A stretch of 64,000 nucleotides of DNA from Chlorokybus atmophyticus. Taxonomy: Eukaryota > Plantae > Mesostigma and Chlorokybus algae. Positions 48,326-60,589 of this stretch are shown here, one piece after another. Within the stretch, counting starts at the first letter, position 1. Every line of letters begins with the position of its first letter. The notes beneath the pieces were generated by a model. The model was not told where the DNA came from, searched no databases, and was given only the letters and a program-made list of their open reading frames with translations. The stretch covers positions 1,343,962-1,407,961 of the forward strand of contig RHPI01000810.1 of assembly GCA_009103225.1 (NCBI GenBank), given 5' to 3'. Made by a program: the position numbers and the translations under genes.

Positions 48326-50947
48326 CCTTAACAGAACATGAACACCCTTAGTATATGCGCACAGTCACAATACGACAATGACACGCACATGTGAGCACAC
48401 CTCACACACCTCTGTGGAAGCGCCTCACAAGCTTGATCCAACTACGCCCCCATCGGGCTTGCAACGCTACCGTTTACGTTATACACCTATTTCTCCCACT
48501 GCCGCCGCCCCACGCGCCGCAGCCGCCGTCGCCGCCTCATCGTGGGCCTCCTCTAGGGCCTGCTATGCGAGTGCGAGGCGGCTTCCAGCACGCTTGTGCG
48601 CTTTGAGACAGCTGCTACCCCGATAAGAGAATATAAGCACCGGCTTTTTACGGCTGAAAAGCTAGTCTTATTACGTTAGAGAACATTCTCTTGGCCAGAA
48701 ATATTTGCCCGTAGAACGATTGGTCTTTTAATAAATTATGGTGTTAACGGGGTTAATCTCTTAGACCGAAGTCTTAACGGGGGAAGACTATAGCCGCATG
48801 TGTTGCCGTGTCGTCCTTCATAATATGGAACCGTGTTGTGCAACGGAAGTCTAAGTTTCGGATGTCCAGCTTGGTCTGTTGGCTTAACAACAAATGGCCT
48901 TTACGGCCGTTGCACATGTATTGTGCATGTAACATGTGCACATGCAATGGCATTTAGACATACACTAATAAATTGCCAGTGATGTAAAATGAGGAGCTTT
49001 GAAAGTCTTAATAAGCGACCGTGCGTCGCGAGAAGCGCTGTGAGATTGTCGGATCAAGGGGCTGGGCGCTTGCGGTGAGCATAAATATTGCTACTCGTAG
49101 TTCGTCGCGCCATGAGCACTCGTCGCGCTGAGCACTTAACATGAGCAGCATGATAATGGATCATCTGTTGAGGCGCATAGGCAGACATACATAATTGTAA
49201 CAGACCAAATTACTCTGTATAAGTGGGGAATGCTCAACGCATGCAATGCGACATTGCATTGAGCTTGCAGCTAAGAGGGTTACAAAACCATACAGTTGTA
49301 TACAGCGAAGAGGATCATACTGTCTGCTAGCCTCTACTCCACTGGAAGCCTCTGATAGATCCCCTTCTTGATGCCAGGGATCAAGGTTGGGCAGGTGACC
49401 CTATGCATGTCGTCACACTCGCGTACACCCACTTACAAGGGCAGCTGCCTCAGTTGCCCCTGTAGAGTGCGGTGTTTACCCAAGCCCCATTGCACACGTC
49501 GCAACTTTGGAGGAGGCAGCTTGCGCGAACGGCACCATCGCGGATCGGCATCACCCATCTAGATCATAAACTCAGAAGAGAAGTATGCGCCCCAAGAGAC
49601 GACCCAACTCGGGCTATGATCGCGGACATGGTTTTGCCATCATTCACACCCGTTCTTGCAGAGGGGAGTCTAGTACATCGGGAGGGGAGGGTCATCCTTG
49701 CCTTGCCTCCGACAGCCCCACGCTGACGAGGACGTCATAGCACTGTGGGCCTACCTCCGCCACGCTGGCAATGAGGCCAGCACTCATAGCAATGGCCTCC
49801 TCGGTCATGCTTGGCCACACGTAGCGCTTCGGCATCGGCATCACCTCAACATACTTATCGCTGCCGCCATTGTGCACCACCACGTGCATGCAACTAAGGC
49901 AGCCTTGTCTCAACTGACTGCCACTTGAGCTATGGAGCTATGGAGATGTAGCATTCACACCGGGCCCACTTCTAAAACGACTGCAGTCATCAGCAACAAC
50001 TCATGAGCGTCGAGAGCTTCCTGCGTATCAATGGACCGGATGTAAACAGACAAACGATAACGGCAGTTATAATTGTTGTGACTGCACAATGGTAGAAGTA
50101 CTCAGCTAGCATTGTCAACTAGGCAATTGGTAATACAAGTCTCTGTTTTTAGTTCGTGAGCGATATGTTGGTGGCTTTTTACTTTACCTGTACCCGGCGG
50201 TTCGCTGCTTAGAGTTGAGACTTCTTGGTAGAACATTGTAGTAATAGCAGCTGTTTTTGACTTGGGGGGTGTGAGCGTTGTGAGAGTGTGTTGATGTTGT
50301 GAGCATAGTGCATGCCTTCGAACAGCCCGCCGTTATCTCGCACACATTGCAGCCATCCCGACGCAACCGCACCATCTGGAGCCGACCGTGTTCCCTCTAC
50401 ACTCGTAACCTGTACGGTAATATGCATTGCATGCTTCAAGCACAAGCAAGTTGCAATGCTATGGTTGAGCTGCATGCAGCGAGCATTAACACTAGGATGG
50501 CTATTGTACTATTTTTAAAGCTTGTAATAAAAATACCAATAATCGGACTTTTATAGCCGCGAGATATTTTGGACACCACGCCGAATCATATGGCGGTGCT
50601 TATATCAAGTTGTAGTACTCTTTGAGTAGACCGACGCATTAGTGATTTCGTGGTTTTTTTACACTTGTGCTAGCAGTTGTGAATGTTACAAGTAGCATGT
50701 TGGCTGCACATTCGCCACCAAAGCTAACCCTAAAAGGTGTGAGTCTCAAGCGGCGACTGTCCGGCGATCGCGGCCTGCCGCGGTGCACTCAGTCATTTAC
50801 CACGGTCAACTGACTGAGTAATCAACCGCGGTTATAATTCCGACTTTTGGTTTTATTGGTGGTGAACTCAAGCAAATACTGTGATGGGCCTAAAATGCAG
50901 GCTACCCGTACTGATTTGAATACGGTTACCGGCTAGGCTAGTGTTAT

Positions 50948-51160
50948 GAGTGACTTAGCACCAACTCCGAGTGATTCATTCCGTGCACCTTCACGTGATT
51001 ATCGTATTGTGAATGTATGACATGCATTAAGTGTTTCCAGTTTGTAAGCTTTGGACCTACCAGTTGAACAACCGTTGTGCCCTACTTCGTCATTGTTTAT
51101 TCGCACACCTCCTCACTATCATAGATAGTAAGGGGCAAGCTGTGCTAGGCAAAATTTATT
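50948..51160 (+). repeat. Dispersed repeat, copy 2 (copy 1 at 15294-15503)
   Basis: Shared collinear blocks. Confidence 0.75.
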
Positions 51161-52007
51161 TTTCACAACTGAGACACGACCAGGGTTGCCATATGCAGCG
51201 AGCAATAACTTTGATGCACAGAGCCCAATTTTTACAATCGCACATGTTCAATTATTGACAAGAGTTCAAGCCTGCATCCCCATCCGGCCTAGCAGGCTTT
51301 GCGTGTCATCGCGCCAAAGCGGAGCAGGATAGGGCGACTTGTGCACAACGTTATAGCTCACACCACGCACACTTGTGTATCCAACCGAGCTCACCAGACT
51401 GTCACAACCCTCTGCATATCCGGGAAGGAGGACTTTCAGGGAAGATTACTCTAATTGGGTGGCACCAGCGTTGCGTTGCTCCTTCCACCCAGTAGTAAGG
51501 TGTGGTAGAATAATTGCCAGGCTTGTCTTTCCATGTTGGCTCGTACGCACGCATGAGTATGGGTCTGCTACGGTGACGGAGAGGTGACCAGTATGCAGGC
51601 ATGTACCAGCACGGCCACTCGCCGCTTAACAGTCGGGTGAGCGGGGGCGATGGGATTGCCATTGATGTGCCGCCCCAACACGGCTTCGTTACCTCCATCT
51701 CCTCCTCTATTTGTGAGGAGGGGCCGGCGCTCCCGGGTGTAGCCTCGCTTTTGCTGGGCCATACATCTTGCCGCGTCGCCACGATGGTAGACAAGCTAGC
51801 TCACACACAAGGTTGAGGGCATGCAACCCAAGGCATTGCAAACACTTGAGATGACAAGCCGTCATCAACCGCTGAGGAGCAAGACACTGACTTTACCGTG
51901 GGGGTGGATATTGAGCACTAGCCGATACGATTGCTATCAGCACGACAAGCCGCTCAGTATGCCTCTTGCCCTTTGTTGCAGCATCGACGCCTTAACCACT
52001 AGGCTAT

Positions 52008-52612
52008 TGTAACGGGAGCAATAATAATAGGGGTATTATTGCTACCTAAATAACACATTTTGTATGAATAAGTATTTAAATATGCTTATTTATACCTCTT
52101 TTCTACGGTTCCTCGCTTATTAAAGGCTATGATGCTTTATCATAGCTTAAATAAGTCCCAATGGGTGTAGAACCGCTTATTCAAGCCTATTTGGTGTCAC
52201 ATTTGATATAATGTGATCACCAACCTTTTATATCAAGAGTATATCAACTGTATACCTCTCGATAATTAACTCACAACTAGACATCGACCCTACATAGGGT
52301 AGTTAGGCAATCTAGCGTGAGCCAATCACAGCTCAGATAAGGTACCTATCGATAAGGTACCTATCCAAAGATACCTATCGTAAGGTACCTAACGAGATAG
52401 TGATCACATTATATCAAATGTGACACCAAATAGGCTTGAATAAGCGGTTCCACACCCATTGGGACTTATTCAAGCTATGATAAAGCATCATAGCCTTTAA
52501 TAAGCGAGGAACCGTAGAAAAGAGGTATAAATAAGCATATTTAAATACTTATTCATACAAAATGTGTTATTTAGGTAGCAATAATACCCCTATTATTATT
52601 GCTCCCGTTACA
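52008..52612. repeat. 605-bp palindrome at the 3' LTR position: 213-bp arms (52008-52220, 52400-52612) and a 179-bp spacer
   Basis: The arms are reverse complements with 2 mismatches. The palindrome directly follows the PPT. The spacer has AGGTACCT repeats. Confidence 0.95.
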
Positions 52613-52759
52613 TTCCCCCCCACTTAGGTTTTCAACGTCCTCGTTGAACTCAAGTTGATCAGGCTTGATTTCGAGTAATTGTAACCAGTGAGATAGCAGG
52701 AAATGACAGGGTGGTAATGAAACTGCACTGCCAGTCTGTCATAAAACCAAGCCCACAGT

Positions 52760-55700
52760 TTATGGGACAGGACATGAATCCCAATAAGCTCGAAGCAACT
52801 CGCGGCAGTGCGTAAGATGCCTGTCGGGCTCCCAACTGTTATGTTCCGGGCCATACCCTTTCCATTTCACCAAATAGCGAGTTGCGCGTCCTCGACCATT
52901 TAGCTTATGGTTCAATATAGCTTCCACCTCGTATTCGAGCTCGCTGTCCACCTCAACAGGCGGTGGTGGAGGCTGTGTTCTACCGTCTGAGCGGTAACGT
53001 TTCAACAAGTTTACATGAAACACGTTGTGTATACGCACACTTGGGGGCAATTGCAGTCGATAAGCGTGCGTACCAACTCTATCAGTGATAGAGAAAGGAC
53101 CTAACCATCGGGGCAGCAACTTGCGAGCACCCGTACCTTTGATGGTTATGTTTTTTGCATTAAGCAAAACTTTATCGCCGACATCGAAAGTGGCCATTTT
53201 TCGATGTGTATCAGCATAAGCTTTTTGCCTGTCCTGTGCTTCTGACAGACACAGCTTGGCTCATGCCAAATTTTCTTGCATATTAGTGGCAAATTCCTTT
53301 GCCGCTGGCACAGTCACGGCATGGCGAGGTACACGCAATGACGCTGGTGTGTTTGGGCGAATCCCATAATTAAGAAAAATGGGGTTTCCTTTACACTTTC
53401 TTGCCACGCGTTGTTCACAGCGAATTCTGCCATTGGCAAGTACCTGTCCCAATCAGCATGATTGGGAGCCACATAGTGGCGAAGCATTTCTTCCAGTATT
53501 TGATTTGCTCGCTCAGTTTGACCGTCCGTTTGCGGGTGGAAAGCAGTCGACATGCTTTGTTTTACCCCCAACAATTCACAGACTTCTCGCCAAAATTTGG
53601 AGACAAAACGAGGATCACGATCTGTGACAAGTTCACGCGGTATACCGTGAACGCAAAAGATTGTGGACACAAATAAGTGTGCCAAGTCCCGTGCACTTAC
53701 AGATGTGCAACACGGGGCAAAATGCACCATTTTAGTCAAACGGTCGACAAAAACCACAATAGCAGTGTATTTAGCTGCTGTTTCAGGTAGGTCAGTAATC
53801 AAATCCATACTGACACTATCCCACTTTTGTGCTGGAATTGCCAATGGTTTAAGCAATCCCGCTTGTTTTTGTCGTAGTGGCTTATTATGTTGACACACGT
53901 CACATGTGCGAACATATTGATCCACGTCAACTGACATTGACGGCCACCAGTATAACTGTTGCGCAGATTTGAGTGTTTTGTGTTTCCCCAAATGCCCAGC
54001 ATACGGCGGGTCATGCACTGAATGTAAGCATTGCTTACGCAAGTCGCCCGAGTTGGGAATTGCCAACTGCTCCCCTTTATACCACAGATTGCTAACAGCA
54101 GTAAGCTGTTGCAAGTTGGTTTGACTGCTAAACCAATCATCTGAGTTATAACCTGTGGACACTTCTTTTAAGAAAGGATCGAGGCTGTTGTACATTACGC
54201 GTATTTCGAGAGCGCGTAAGTGCAAAAAGAGCAGGGCTGCGACTTAGTGGATCCGCCACATTGGTGCGACCCGGACGGTATTGCCAAGTAAAAGTGAAAT
54301 GAGAAATGAATTCATTCCACCTAGCTTGCCGCCTCGACAGATTTTGTTGCGTATGAAAGAATGTGAGCGGGTTGTGATCAGTAATCACTGAAAACTCCAC
54401 CCCTTCCAAGTAGCAACGCCATGTGCGCAGCGCGTGCACCACCCCGAGCAATTCCTGCTCAGTGGTTGTGTAATTACGTTCAGCAGGAATGAACTTTCTG
54501 CTTTCATATGCACATGGTCTGTCATCTTGTAGAAGGACTGCCCCACACCCAATGGTGGAAGCATCACTGATCACCACAAAAGGCTTGGTGTGGTCGGGGA
54601 AGGCTAACACAGGGGCTTGTGTTAATGCATCTTTAATGCGTGTAAAAGCAACCTCGTGTGCCTCCGTCCACACAAATTTAACATCTTTCATTAGTAAAGA
54701 TGTTAAAGAATTTGCCATGCCAGAATATGCTCGCATGAACTTGCGGAAATAATTGGCTAGCCCCAAGAAAGCACGTAACTGATGTACATCCTTGGGTGGC
54801 GGCCAATCCTTTACCGCACACACCTTTTGAGGATCTGGTTTCAATCCTTCTTTGCCAATCACATGCCCTAAAAAGGGTAGTTCATCCTTTGCAAAGTTGC
54901 ATTTGGACAGGTTGGCATAGAATTTGTGTTCGCGTAACTTAGCTAGAACCAATTCCACATGCTTGTGGTGGTCCTCCCGGGTTTTGCTGAACACAATAAT
55001 GTCGTCTAGATATACCAGTACAAACTTGTACAATTCATCAGCAAATACCGCGTTCATTGCTGTTTGAAATGTAGCTGGTGCACTTGTTAACCCAAATGGT
55101 AACACTTTATACTCAAAGTGTCCTAGTGGGGTGCGAAATGCAGTTTTTTATATATCCGACGGGTGGATTTTGATTTGATGATAACCACTGGTCAAATCCA
55201 GCGTGCTGAACACTGTTGCACCTGACAGCTTATCAAACAAATCATCAATCCGAGGCAAAGGGTATCTGTTTTTCATAGTGACCTTGTTCAACGCACGGTA
55301 ATCAATACACATGCGTAGCTTGCCATTCTTTTTGGGCACAAACAAAATTGGTGCACTAAAAGGAGATATGCTCTTTGTTATTAAACCTTTGTCCAATAAC
55401 TCTTTGAGCTGTTTTTCCATCTCCGCGTGTCCAAAGGGACTTAGCCTGTATATAGGCCGCCTAGGTGGCTTTGCCCCCTCCTCTAGCGGAATGGTATGAT
55501 GTATGTTTCGATCGGGAGGCAACTCTGGGAGTTCATCCTGAAATACATCTGCGTATTGTTCCGTAAGTGACTGCACCACAGGGTCACTGATAGCCTGTTC
55601 AGCAGGTGTTTCCACCTGTCGTAAGTGCAGTAAGTATACTTCCTCACGTTTACGCATGCAACGTTTCAATTGCATAGCAGAGAGGAGCGGAACATTATCG

Positions 55701-58355
55701 CGAGGTATACATGCGAGTACAGATGCTGTTAAAGTCATCCTACGTTTCCCTTTACGAAGGGTGCACGTATTGGCTCGAGAGTCTAATTGTAAACCTGCTT
55801 CAGTGTGCCATTGCTCCCCTAAAACAACATCCACCCCGGGGATACTAATATCCACCACGATGAAGGCTGGTCGGTTTTTATGGCCATTAATAACAAAACG
55901 CCCTTTTACCTCTCCCATTGCATTGAGAGTGGAACCAACAGCACGTACATATGACGTGACTGGTGTGAAAGGAATGTTATTACGTTTCACCCAAGCATGT
56001 TCAACAAAGTTATGGTTTGCACCAGTATCAATCAATGCTGTACATGGTGTACCCATAAGTTGCCACTCAAATCTCCATTTGAGTGGCACTGAGTGACCAT
56101 CAAATGTAGCTAATGTCGAATTGCCGTGATTGGTAGCAGACCTGATAAAGATCACTTGCAACGGTGAAGCTCCTGTATCTTTGCGTGTGAGTTGCATGAT
56201 TACTTCTCCCCCTTTTAACAATCGCGACCACGGGCCATGATATCGAGGGATAACTACGTCGCAAAATGTTTCCCCTGCCGGCCGATTGAATATTGGCAAC
56301 GGCCGTGCACCAAACGATAGTTATTTGGACTGTCGTGGCTCAGTCCACCTATAATCTCGATACAGGGACCTGATATAACGGCCGTCACCATTAGTCGGCA
56401 GCCGTTTTAATAAAGGGACTGACCTAGATTGACAGGTACCTGTCAAATACCCATCAGTCAAGCAAAAGGGACTTGACCTAATTAACCGGTACCTAACAGT
56501 TAGGTACCGGCAACCGTACCTCAAGGGTGCCTAACTATCAGGTACCTTTGGGGTACCTTATGGTAATTTTTGGTGTATCTGACGTTAATGTCCCCAGTAC
56601 CTACCGGTACCTACCGGTACCGTTCAGTCATGTGCTGCATACTGCATGCATGTGATTGTCGTCAACTGTGAGAGACGGCGAGTTATAAGCTTGACTGATG
56701 CACAAAAGTACCCATGGATTAAATTACAAACTGTTGCTACGCTACAATGTAAACTATGTTGAGCTATTACTATTACTACTACTACTACTACTCTATACTC
56801 TACCCTTATACTCAGCCACCTGCGCCGCCGCTCTTCCTCCGCCGCCGCCGCCTCGCCGCTCCTCCTCCGCTGGCCTGGTCGGCAAGGGCGCCAACACAAT
56901 GGCATCATACATCATGACACATACAATCAAACTCACCTACCATGCCATTGCAATTGCCGCCGCCGCCGCCGCCACTACCGCCGCCGCCGCCGCACAACTG
57001 TCCTCGAACTTGAAGCCGTTGAGCATTTGAACGCTGCTGCGTTTCAAACGCTCAACGGCTTCAAGTCAATGGTACGATCATACCATAAATATGGTACGAT
57101 GGCTCCATTGTGCAATCACATAATGAGTACCATCTAGGGTACTTTTGATGGAACTGTTGTACCATTGCAATGGTACTATTGTTCCCATGAGGGTGCCAAG
57201 TATACCCAACCGGACTGACAGGTACCCGCCGCCATCGCTCGTCCCTCTTAGGAGACTTCGTTGGGACTGAGTGGTCATTAGCTTACCAATGTAGGTTGGT
57301 CGCCGCCGCGGCTAATGTACGGCCGGCGGCCGGCCGCGGGTCAACTCTGACTCACCGGTATCGACCGTCGCCATTAGGGGCCTGAATGTACACTTAATTG
57401 TCATAATAGGTAGGTTGCCGTTACGGAAGCTGTATGACCGGCGGTCGGCCNGCACAACTGTCCTCGAACTTGAAGCCGTTGAGCATTTGAACGCTGCTGC
57501 GTTTCAAACGCTCAACGGCTTCAAGTCAATGGTACGATCATACCATAAATATGGTACGATGGCTCCATTGTGCAATCACATAATGAGTACCATCTAGGGT
57601 ACTTTTGATGGAACTGTTGTACCATTGCAATGGTACTATTGTTCCCATGAGGGTGCCAAGTATACCTAACCGGACTGACAGGTACCCGCCGCCATCGCTC
57701 GTCCCTCTTAGGAGACTTCGTTGGGACTGAGTGGTCATTAGCTTACCAATGTAGGTTGGTCGCCGCCGCGGCTAATGTACGGCCGGCGGCCGGCCGCGGG
57801 TCAACTCTGACTCACCGGTATCGACCGTCGCCATTAGGGGCCTGAATGTACACTTAATTGTCATAATAGGTAGGTTGCCGTTACGGAAGCTGTATGACCG
57901 GCGGTCGGCCGTCAACATATGTTGCTGTCACGTCACCACCGGTAGGCAACAATCCACTATACTGTACGATAGGCGGTCGGTAATTGAGTATAGTCCACAA
58001 AATGCACCGGCAATCCATTTCAGTCCCTTAATGGCCCAACTCGTTAGGTCAGTTAGGGTCAGATATGGTCAGGCACCCGACAGTTCCTCAGTCTCTTGTC
58101 AGTCACCGTGTAAAATTTGCGACGTATACATGCAGTGACAGCATGTTGTAATTGCAACTTGTGTAAGTGCTTAACAGCAGTTACTAATTCAGAGAATGGA
58201 ACATTGATTAAAACACAACCGTTTGCATTTCTCAACACAGGTGGTGTGCTCATATCAGTCCATACATCTGATACATCACAAAGAGAGGAAACTTTATCAA
58301 GAAGTACAGAGTTTTTAAAGTCGTTCTGCTCGACTAAGCTACCAACCACGGACAA
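52760..58355 (-). pseudogene. pol: Chromovirus pol (protease-RT-RNase H-integrase-chromodomain), disrupted
   Basis: [95 protein letters not shown]. Stops near 55148 and 53261, frameshifts near 54200 and 53370, and a DNA-element insertion. Confidence 0.95.
56257..58124. mobile_element. Non-autonomous short-TIR DNA element, copy 2, inserted in pol with a TA TSD
   Basis: TA at 56255-56256 and 58125-58126. Removing the element and one TA restores the frame (TAC-I-VIPRYHG). The internal 459-bp duplication around N57451 is probably an assembly artefact. Confidence 0.9.
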
Positions 58356-58358
58356 TTC

Positions 58359-59534
58359 CTATTTCTTGTCTCTCTGCTGCTTGGCCTTTTGTGCATTCTG
58401 TTTTACATAGCACTTAGCCTCCCCATGACCTGTCTTCTTGCAAAAACTGCAAGTGATGATGGATTTGGCCGCATTGTAGGGGCCAGCAGGATGAGATGGT
58501 TTCGCCTTTTTCACAAAAGGTTTGTTGTCAGTGGCCGGGCGCTTTGCAGCTGAAACCGGGGCTGCCTCCTTTGCCGTGGTTTGCATGTTGGCGTGAGAGC
58601 GCTTTACACTGTCCACAGCAGCAACCATTTGCATCAGCATTGGTAAATCCGTCGAGGCCCACTCTTGCAAACTCGCGGGGTTGACGGCCACATGCTGCAC
58701 GAGATCAGTGTCCAAGCCACGTCTGAACATATCCAGCTGATCAGCATCACTGATAGGTAATTTGCCAGCATTAATCTTGCTGACAAACGACTGAAAATCC
58801 TGGATATATTGCTGAATCGGACGTCCGTTCTGACGCAGGTTGTGCAGCTGGTTGCGAGCAACCTGGGCAGGATCTGCGCCACCATAGCGCTGCTCCATGA
58901 AAAAGCACAATTGATTTACTTCCCGCCCGAGGTTTGTATCACGTTGCTTACGGCGGTACCACTCTGCCAGAGCATCGTTTGGGATCAGCAACTCAGCTAC
59001 ACGCAATTTCCCCTCCTCAGAAATGCGAAGGGAGTTGACATAGTGTCGCAACTTCACAAGCCAGTCGAAGATGGCCGCTTGCTTGTTGGGAACAAACTCG
59101 GCAGGACGAGCAAGTGCTTGAACATGTGGACCACCGTCAGCACGTTGAAGACGCTCGATCATATTCAGAACACGTTTTCCTTCACCCATCTGCCCCTCCC
59201 AATCTCGCCCCATAAAGGTGGTGAGCTTTGAAACTTTTTCTGCCAATAGGAAGAGAAAGTTCACGAATGAGACAATTGCCTCACGAGGGTCCTGATCATA
59301 GGTGCTAAGGAAATGCTCCATCAAGTCCTGCTGTGTCATGCGAATAGAAAACTCAGGGAATATAGAAGGTGATCTATCATCCACTGAAGCTTCCGCAGCT
59401 TTAGCAGCTTGAGACTCATCAGGTGCATCATCCGGATTCGGAATATCTTCCATGGATGGAAATTCCTCCTCACGGGAAGGTTGCTCTTTTTCCGAGCTCT
59501 CCCCTTTTGAGGTGGGCACCGAGTTTTCTTCCAT
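58359..59534 (-). CDS. gag: Ty3/gypsy Gag with CCHC zinc knuckle
   Basis: 391-aa ORF; LHNLRQNGRPIQQYIQDF; CSFCKKTGHGEAKC. Confidence 0.92.
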   Translation of the reverse strand: MEENSVPTSKGESSEKEQPSREEEFPSMEDIPNPDDAPDESQAAKAAEASVDDRSPSIFPEFSIRMTQQDLMEHFLSTYDQDPREAIVSFVNFLFLLAEKVSKLTTFMGRDWEGQMGEGKRVLNMIERLQRADGGPHVQALARPAEFVPNKQAAIFDWLVKLRHYVNSLRISEEGKLRVAELLIPNDALAEWYRRKQRDTNLGREVNQLCFFMEQRYGGADPAQVARNQLHNLRQNGRPIQQYIQDFQSFVSKINAGKLPISDADQLDMFRRGLDTDLVQHVAVNPASLQEWASTDLPMLMQMVAAVDSVKRSHANMQTTAKEAAPVSAAKRPATDNKPFVKKAKPSHPAGPYNAAKSIITCSFCKKTGHGEAKCYVKQNAQKAKQQRDKK

Positions 59535-59929
59535 TTGTCTGCAAAACAGGCAGAATGGGATGGTGAGAACCTCACCAATGGACCAGGTTTTACGAGAAGA
59601 TCAAAATGACCCCAAGTTGTAAAAGTCCCAAACAGAGTCCAAACCAGTCCCAAATTAGGAAAGGTTGGATCTGGAGTGTCACCAAACAGAACAAGTCTGA
59701 GTGGGACCAGAATGTCCTAACCCTGTGTTGTCCTCAACCAAGTCCCAATCTCCAGGCCGAAGTCAGAGGGGGAGGGTTTCAGACTAACAGGGTTTTGGAA
59801 CAGATTGTCCTAGAACCTCCCCACCACTGTCCTAACCAAGTCCCGATCTCCAGACCGAAGCCAGAGGGGGAGGGTTTGAGAACAGTTTGGTTTGGAACTT
59901 ACGGACCTTTGCCGGGTCAAACGACCCGG

Positions 59930-60265
59930 CAAAGCCACTGGCAGGTCACAGGTATGTCACAGGCATGCAACAGGCAAGCCACAGGCATGCAACAGGCAAG
60001 CCGTACGGTGATTAACTGTGACATGCACTGGCAAGCACAATGACAAGCAATCACCGCATGCAATGACAGGCAATCACTGCAAGCAATGATAGTGCACTAA
60101 GTGTGACAAACAGTGATGGCACACTAGTAAGCCGCAATCACCGCATGCAATGACAGGCAATCACTGCAAGCAATGATAGTGCACTGGCAAGCCACTGTGT
60201 GATGTGCATGAAAGTACACACGTGCACCTGGCAAGCACCTGGCAAGCAGCTGACAAGCAGGCAAG
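59930..60265. repeat. Short tandem repeats in the retroelement 5' UTR, including a ~99-bp duplication
   Basis: CAATCACCGCATGCAATGACAGGCAATCACTGCAAGCAATGATAGTGCACT occurs twice; many GGCAAGC units. Confidence 0.85.
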
Positions 60266-60589
60266 CAGGCAAGTCACCGACGTGTGATGGTACCTTACAC
60301 GTGGAGAGGCCGCCTCTTTGATAGGTGGCTTCGACGTGGAGGTAGCGCAGGGAAGCGAACTTGAAGCTTGGGCTGCGTGGACGAATAGGAGGCCGCCGAC
60401 GACGCCTTCTGATTGGCCGAAAGCAGGTCGCCGCCCCCTATAAGTACCCACGTCACCCCTCAACTCCTGGATACCAATGTAACAGCACCACCGTCGCCGG
60501 TGATGCCCCTTCAATCCTCTACCCCAACACCCACACCGCCTATGACAAGCCTTTCAACGGCGTGGCCGCCACTGAGCAGAGAACTGAAA

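Larger units (their letters stand above)
45733..48790 (-). mobile_element. pogo/Tigger-type Tc1-mariner element, 3.06 kb, inactive
   Basis: TIRs CAGTCTTCCCTCGTGAAGA (45733) and TCTTAACGGGGGAAGACTA (ends 48790), with TA on both flanks. Confidence 0.85.

Noticed and set aside
49300-49950. Second PHD-integrase relic (HLPNLD)
   Set aside because: Only one short motif amid many stops; insufficient support.
56992-57910. 459-bp tandem duplication
   Set aside because: The two copies differ at one base and are joined by a single N, and the duplication is absent from the 25079 copy. Most likely a contig-overlap artefact.
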